In this document: piece by piece, positions 37,469-42,238 of the stretch
How positions within the stretch are numbered: position 1 is the stretch's first letter
Layout of the letters: each line of letters starts with the position of its first letter
Translations under genes and position numbers: made by a program
From: an uncultured Gammaproteobacteria bacterium
GTDB lineage: Bacteria > Pseudomonadota > Gammaproteobacteria > Halothiobacillales > Halothiobacillaceae
Assembly (NCBI GenBank): GCA_938004235.1
Contig: CALKWL010000339.1
Location: forward strand, 1-42,238
Direction: 5' to 3'
Length of the DNA: 42,238 nt
Notes under the pieces: model-generated
Databases searched by the model: none
Seen by the model: only the letters and a program-made list of their open reading frames with translations
Told to the model about the DNA's origin: nothing

Positions 37469-38044
37469 ATGATGACGACTGAAGCAATGACGGTGGGCAG
37501 CGACAAAGTTGTATTTATCCATTACACCCTGAGCGACGCGGCGGGGCAGGTTCTGGATTCAACCGTGAATGACGAGGCGCTGGCCTATCTGCACGGGCAT
37601 GGCAACTTGATTGTGGGGCTGGAGCGCGCGCTGGAGGGGCGCGCGGAAGGTGAGTGTTTTGCAGTGACGATTGCGCCGGAAGATGCGTATGGCGCACATG
37701 ATCCGGGCGGGCTGATCGATGTGCCGCGTTCCAGTCTGAGTGACGAGGTTGAGGTCGAGGTCGGCAATCAGGTGCAGGCGCAAGGTCCGGAGGGACGTAT
37801 CGAGTTCACCATCGTGAATTTTGATGATGAGGTGGTGACTCTGGATGGCAATCATCCGCTGGCGGGGCAAACGCTGCATTTCGAGGTTGAGGTTGGTGCG
37901 ATTCGTGACGCGCACGCGGATGAAATCAAGCATCATCGCGTGCATCCGGCGGGGCATCATCTGATGGTGACGGATTCTTCGTTTGATGAGTCGCTGTTCG
38001 ACGATACGGTCGTGGATGCCGCATTCCCTGCCGAGAAAGCATGA
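37469..38044 (+). CDS. slyD: FKBP-type peptidyl-prolyl isomerase
   Basis: IHYTL, YLHGHGNLI.GLE, PEDAYG, DGNHPLAGQTLHFEVEV, His-rich tail. Confidence 0.92.
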   Translation: MMTTEAMTVGSDKVVFIHYTLSDAAGQVLDSTVNDEALAYLHGHGNLIVGLERALEGRAEGECFAVTIAPEDAYGAHDPGGLIDVPRSSLSDEVEVEVGNQVQAQGPEGRIEFTIVNFDDEVVTLDGNHPLAGQTLHFEVEVGAIRDAHADEIKHHRVHPAGHHLMVTDSSFDESLFDDTVVDAAFPAEKA

Positions 38045-39843
38045 GGCTGTGTTATGTCCTTGCCGATGTTGATCCGGCCGCGCGTGAGTACGTTCTCTGT
38101 CTGACCATTTCCGAGCCTTGTCCGCAAGGGCAGGTGCTGGCGATGGCGGCTTGGACGCCCGGCAGTTACATGGTGCGCGATCATGCGAGGCATGTAACCT
38201 GGATTGAAGCCGTGGATGGTAACGGACAGGCCGTTGAGTTGACCTGGCTGGACAAACAGAGCTGGCGTGCAGCGCCTTGCGAGGGGGTGTTGAGCGTGCG
38301 CTGGCGCGTGCATGCGCATGAGCTTTCGGTGCGTACCGCGCACCTGGATAGCTTGTGGGGCTTTGCCGATGGCGCGGCCTTGTGGTTGCGTCCGCTGGGT
38401 TTTGAACATTTACCTTGTCGGGTTGAGGTGCAGCGCTCAGGCAGCGTCATGGTCAATGCAGGCGCGCTAGAGTGGCGTGCGACCATGATGCTCCCGCCCG
38501 AGGCTGTGGATGCGCATGGTTATGGTGTCTATACGGCAGACAATGTCGAAGCCTTGCTGGACGCGCCTGTGGCTTTTGGCGCGCTGCGCGAGTTTAGCTT
38601 TTCCGTGCGCGGTGTAGAACATCGATTCGCCTGGCTGGGGCGTGTTGAATTCGATACGGCACGCTTGGCGCTCGATTTGGCACGTGCCTGCGAAACGGCG
38701 GTGGCCTTGTTTGGTCCCGAGCCGCCACCATTTGCCCGTTACCTGTTTTTGGCGCTGGTGACACCGGATGGTTACGGCGGGCTGGAGCATCGTGAGGGCA
38801 CGGCTTTGCTCTGCCGCCCGGAGCATTTTCCTCGTGAGGGTGAAGTGGTTACAACACCCGCCTATCGGGAGTTTTTGGGCTTGTGTGCGCATGAGTATTT
38901 GCATGCCTGGCTGGTGAAGCGCATTCGCCCGGCGGTGTTTATGCCGCAGCCGGATGGCCGCTTGCCGCTGGATGCCGAAGCCTACACGCGCCTGTTGTGG
39001 TTGTTTGAGGGCGTGACCAGCTATTACGACGATTTGCTGTTGCTGCGTGCGGGTTTGATTTCGCTGACGGAATATTTGGAGACGCTGGCCACGACCATGA
39101 GTCGGGTGCAGCGTGCGCCGGGGCGTGAGCGCTTGACGCTGGAGCAGGCCAGCCTGACGGCCTGGACGCGGCTCTACAAGGCCGACGAGAACACGCCGAA
39201 TGCCAGTATCAGTTACTACACCAAGGGGGCGTTGTTCGCCTGGGTGCTGGATGTCGAGCTGCGTCGGCGCAGTGAGGATCGCGTGTCGCTGGATGATGTG
39301 CTGCGTGCTATGTGGCGCGATTTTGCTCTGAGCGGGCGCGGTGTGCCGGAAGAGGGGCTGGAGTCTTGGGTGGCTTCAGTCAGCGCTGTGGATGTGCAGG
39401 ATATTTTCGAGCGGGGATTGCGCGCCTGCGATGACCTGCCGCTGGAAAACTGTGCGCAGGCATTGGGATTGAGCCTGAGCTGGACGGCGGCTCAGGACTA
39501 TCCCTGGCTGGGGGCGGAGCTGCGTGCAGGCGCACAGGGTGAAGCGCGGGTGGGCACGGTGTATCGCGGCGCCCCGGCCGAGCGCGCCGGGCTTGCGCCA
39601 CAGGATGAGCTGCTGGCCTTGAATGGTCTGCGGGTGAACCGGGCGAATCTGGAAACGCATCTGCGACGTTTTCGCGCAGGCGATGTGGTCTCGCTGCATG
39701 TTTTTCGGCGTGATGCGTTGTTGCGTCTGCATTTGAGCCTGCAGGACGCGCCGCCGGTGCAGGCGCGGATTGGGTTGAGCGCCTCGGCGGCTGCGACGCA
39801 GCTGGCGCGGCTGTGCGACTGGTCGGCTGCGGAGCGTTCTTGA
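38041..39843 (+). CDS. M61-family metallopeptidase with C-terminal PDZ domain
   Basis: WTPGSYMVRD, YGGLEH, AHEYLHAW, LWLFEGVTSYY, SYYTKG, PAERAGL. Confidence 0.93.
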   Translation: MRLCYVLADVDPAAREYVLCLTISEPCPQGQVLAMAAWTPGSYMVRDHARHVTWIEAVDGNGQAVELTWLDKQSWRAAPCEGVLSVRWRVHAHELSVRTAHLDSLWGFADGAALWLRPLGFEHLPCRVEVQRSGSVMVNAGALEWRATMMLPPEAVDAHGYGVYTADNVEALLDAPVAFGALREFSFSVRGVEHRFAWLGRVEFDTARLALDLARACETAVALFGPEPPPFARYLFLALVTPDGYGGLEHREGTALLCRPEHFPREGEVVTTPAYREFLGLCAHEYLHAWLVKRIRPAVFMPQPDGRLPLDAEAYTRLLWLFEGVTSYYDDLLLLRAGLISLTEYLETLATTMSRVQRAPGRERLTLEQASLTAWTRLYKADENTPNASISYYTKGALFAWVLDVELRRRSEDRVSLDDVLRAMWRDFALSGRGVPEEGLESWVASVSAVDVQDIFERGLRACDDLPLENCAQALGLSLSWTAAQDYPWLGAELRAGAQGEARVGTVYRGAPAERAGLAPQDELLALNGLRVNRANLETHLRRFRAGDVVSLHVFRRDALLRLHLSLQDAPPVQARIGLSASAAATQLARLCDWSAAERS

Positions 39844-40892
39844 TTCGCGCACAGTTGGCCGCCCGTGTCTGGCAGCGTACGGTGCAAAGCCTGGTGGACG
39901 GGCGTTGGCATCCGCTGAGCGAGGTGGGTGCTGTGGCTGGGGTGGCTCCGCAGGTGGTGCGGGCGGTTTTGCGTCAGTGGGTGCGCATGGGTGCGCCGAT
40001 ACAGCGGGATAGCTGGCGGGGGCTGCGCTTTGTGCAGCCGGTGACGCCGCTGCGCTGCAAGTCGCAGCGCGTGTCTGTCGAAGTGGACGAACGCCTGCTC
40101 GTGGACTCGACCAATACGCTGGCCTTGCAGGCGTTGGGAGATGGTCTGGCGCAGCGCAAGGTGTGGGTGGCGGAGTATCAAACGCAGGGGCGGGGGCGGG
40201 CTCTGCGCCAGTGGCATCAGGGTTTGGGTTGTGGGCTGAGCCTGTCGCTGGCCATTCCGGCAGCATGGGTGCTGCCCCCGGATGCCCTGTCCTTGCGCGT
40301 GGGCGTGGCGCTGGCAGAGGCGTTGCAGGGATTGGGTGTGCGTGATGTGCAGCTCAAGTGGCCGAACGATGTGCTTTGGCAAGGCAAGAAACTGGGCGGT
40401 ATCTTGATCGAGGCGCGTCGAGCGGGCGTGGTGATCGGGGTCGGGCTGAACCAGTTGCGAGCTAGCAGCCTGTCGGACTTTAGGAATCGCAGCGAAAATT
40501 TGCACCGTCCAGACGGGTTTGCTACCGATTCGCCTAAGGTTCGACAGGCTGCTGAACAGACCTTGGGTGGGCTGGCGCAGCCGGTAGCCAGTCTCCAGGA
40601 TGTGTTTGGATGCCGCCTGCCAGCGCGCGCGCGCGTACAGGCGGCGCTAGTGCGTACCTTGCTGCGGGCTCTGGCGGACAAATCGGCAGCATGGCGAGCG
40701 GAGTTCGGGCGTTTCGATGTCTTGTACGGGCGTGCGATCCGCGTATACGAGCGTGATGGCAAGATATGGAACGGCGTGGCGGAGGGGGTGGGCGAACAAG
40801 GTTATCTGCGCGTGCGCACCGAGCGAGGGATGCGCCTGTGCCACGCGGCTGAGGTGAGTGTGCGCGTGGATGTTCCGGGAGATTGCGCATGA
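39840..40892 (+). CDS. birA: Biotin-protein ligase with N-terminal HTH-like region and 30-aa in-frame insertion
   Basis: DSTN, AEYQTQGRGR, LKWPNDV..GKKLGGILIE, VIGVGLN; upstream of coaX; start uncertain (TTG 39840 overlapping the M61 stop, or GTG 39813). Confidence 0.88.
   Translation: MIRAQLAARVWQRTVQSLVDGRWHPLSEVGAVAGVAPQVVRAVLRQWVRMGAPIQRDSWRGLRFVQPVTPLRCKSQRVSVEVDERLLVDSTNTLALQALGDGLAQRKVWVAEYQTQGRGRALRQWHQGLGCGLSLSLAIPAAWVLPPDALSLRVGVALAEALQGLGVRDVQLKWPNDVLWQGKKLGGILIEARRAGVVIGVGLNQLRASSLSDFRNRSENLHRPDGFATDSPKVRQAAEQTLGGLAQPVASLQDVFGCRLPARARVQAALVRTLLRALADKSAAWRAEFGRFDVLYGRAIRVYERDGKIWNGVAEGVGEQGYLRVRTERGMRLCHAAEVSVRVDVPGDCA
40464..40553. mobile_element. 90-bp MITE (family C) inserted in frame in birA
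   Basis: Ends agcagcctgtcggacttt / aaggttcgacaggctgct; length is a multiple of 3; encodes SSLSDFRNRSENLHRPDGFATDSPKVRQAA. Confidence 0.85.
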
Positions 40893-41680
40893 AGTTGGTG
40901 CTTGATGTAGGCAATACGCGCATCAAGTGGCGTATGGGCAGTGCGAGCGGCGAGACGGTGCATGTTCGGGGCGGCTGGGAGGCGCAGTTGCTGGGCGCAT
41001 GGCGCGCCCTGCCTGAGCCAGACGCCCTGGTTGTAGGCAGTGTTGCGAGTGAAGCGCTCAATCAGGCGCTTGAAGATTGCGTACGGCGCATTTGGCCGAG
41101 GGTTGAGCGTGTCTGGCTGCGGAGCAGGGCGGCGTGGTGCGGAGTGCGCATTCAATATGTTGAGCCTGCGCGCTTCGGTGTCGATCGTTTCGCGGGTCTG
41201 GTGGCCGCCCATACGGAGTTTCCGGAGCGCGCGTTGGCCGTGGTGGATGTAGGCACGGCGGTGACTGTGGATATGCTTGATGCAACGGGTGTGCATCGCG
41301 GGGGAGTGATTATGCCGGGCGTGCGGTTGTTGCAATCCAGTCTGGCGAGTGGAGCGGCGAAGCTGGCTGGGAGTCAACGGCCTGCATCCCTGCGCGTGTG
41401 TGAGCCGCAGAACGAAACCTGCCTGGCCATGGCGGCAGGGGTGTGCTGCATGTTGCAAGGCGGGGTGCTCAAGGCGCTGGAGCAGGGGGTGAGCGTTACA
41501 GGCGGGAGCCGGGCGGAGGTCATTCTGTGCGGCGGAGATGCGGCGTACCTGGATGAGGCAATGTTTACGCAACAAGGATGGATGGTTCATCGGCGTGCGA
41601 CCTTGGTACTGGATGGGCTTGAGCGCATGTTCGAGTGTATGGGGAAGGGGGGTGTTGCCCTCGTCAATGAACTGTCATAG
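40889..41680 (+). CDS. coaX: Type III pantothenate kinase
   Basis: LDVGNTRIKW, FGVDRF, VDVGTAVTVD, GGVIMPG, GGDA, LVLDGL. Confidence 0.95.
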   Translation: MKLVLDVGNTRIKWRMGSASGETVHVRGGWEAQLLGAWRALPEPDALVVGSVASEALNQALEDCVRRIWPRVERVWLRSRAAWCGVRIQYVEPARFGVDRFAGLVAAHTEFPERALAVVDVGTAVTVDMLDATGVHRGGVIMPGVRLLQSSLASGAAKLAGSQRPASLRVCEPQNETCLAMAAGVCCMLQGGVLKALEQGVSVTGGSRAEVILCGGDAAYLDEAMFTQQGWMVHRRATLVLDGLERMFECMGKGGVALVNELS

Positions 41681-41683
41681 AAT
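41655..41683 (+). promoter_or_regulatory. Sigma70 stable-RNA promoter for tRNA-Thr(TGT)
   Basis: TTGCCC-17 bp-TAGAAT followed by GC-rich discriminator gcgcgccc. Confidence 0.7.
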
Positions 41684-41695
41684 GCGCGCCCTGTT

Positions 41696-41770
41696 GCCGG
41701 CATAGCACAGCGGTAGTGCAACCGCCTTGTAAGCGGTAGGTCGTGAGTTCGATTCCCACTGCCGGCACCA
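41696..41770 (+). tRNA. tRNA-Thr(TGT)
   Basis: Cloverleaf, anticodon loop ctTGTaa, TTCGA, 3' CCA. Confidence 0.96.
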
Positions 41771-41774
41771 TTGC

Positions 41775-41803
41775 TTGACAGCCTTTTTGCCTTAACGCAG
41801 AAT
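41775..41803 (+). promoter_or_regulatory. Second sigma70 promoter for tRNA-Tyr-Gly-Thr-tuf
   Basis: TTGACA-17 bp-CAGAAT followed by discriminator gcgcgac. Confidence 0.75.
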
Positions 41804-41824
41804 GCGCGACTTGTTGTTTTTGCT

Positions 41825-41909
41825 GGTGGGATTCCCGAGCGGCCAAAGGGGGCAGACTGTAAATCTGCTGGCACTGCCTTCGAAGGTTCGAATCCTTCTC
41901 CCACCACCA
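41825..41909 (+). tRNA. tRNA-Tyr(GTA)
   Basis: Long variable arm, anticodon loop ctGTAaa, 3' CCA. Confidence 0.97.
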
Positions 41910-41964
41910 TCTCATTCACAAAAGAATTCTTTAGTGAGTGTTGGGATAGCTCCCATAAGCTTAA

Positions 41965-42038
<74 letters not shown>

Positions 42039-42043
42039 ATTTT

Positions 42044-42119
<76 letters not shown>

Positions 42120-42183
42120 CTTTAAGTGGTTCGTTGTCCCGAAGGTTTTGTTAGTCAACTTTGATTCAGTCTGGGGTGTATTC

Positions 42184-42238
42184 ATGGCCAAGAGTAAATT
42201 CGAGCGTAACAAGCCGCACGTGAACGTGGGCACCATTG
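42184..42238 (+). CDS. tuf: Elongation factor Tu, N-terminus (truncated by window end)
   Basis: MAKSKFERNKPHVNVGTI after the tufB-type tRNA cluster. Confidence 0.97.
   Translation, partial: MAKSKFERNKPHVNVGTI

Overview
About 42 kb of a GC-rich gammaproteobacterial chromosome, probably a sulfur-oxidising autotroph (inferred from SoxH-like and persulfide-dioxygenase-like genes). The first ~85 bases are degenerate Illumina adapter. Housekeeping backbone: pgk(3' end)-pyk-fba, bioD, beta-carbonic anhydrase, purC, zur, acetolactate synthase, trxA-rho, amgK-murU, mpl, slyD, M61 peptidase, birA-coaX, tRNA Thr-Tyr-Gly-Thr and the start of tuf. The main accessory locus (3.2-13.9 kb) is an expanded Anbu / circularly permuted ATP-grasp / alpha-E / transglutaminase-amidoligase cluster. 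It carries three extra genes (an HPPD-like metallo-oxygenase, a small protein ending YTYGARF and a ParA/MinD-like ATPase), two good sigma54 promoter motifs and a perfect NtrC-type box. A lower-GC HEPN-like gene with an attC-like remnant is inserted in it. Intergenic DNA is rich in MITE/REP-like palindromic elements from several families. One 90-bp copy is inserted in frame inside birA, and others supply stop codons to host genes. All calls are from motif reading only; no searches were run.
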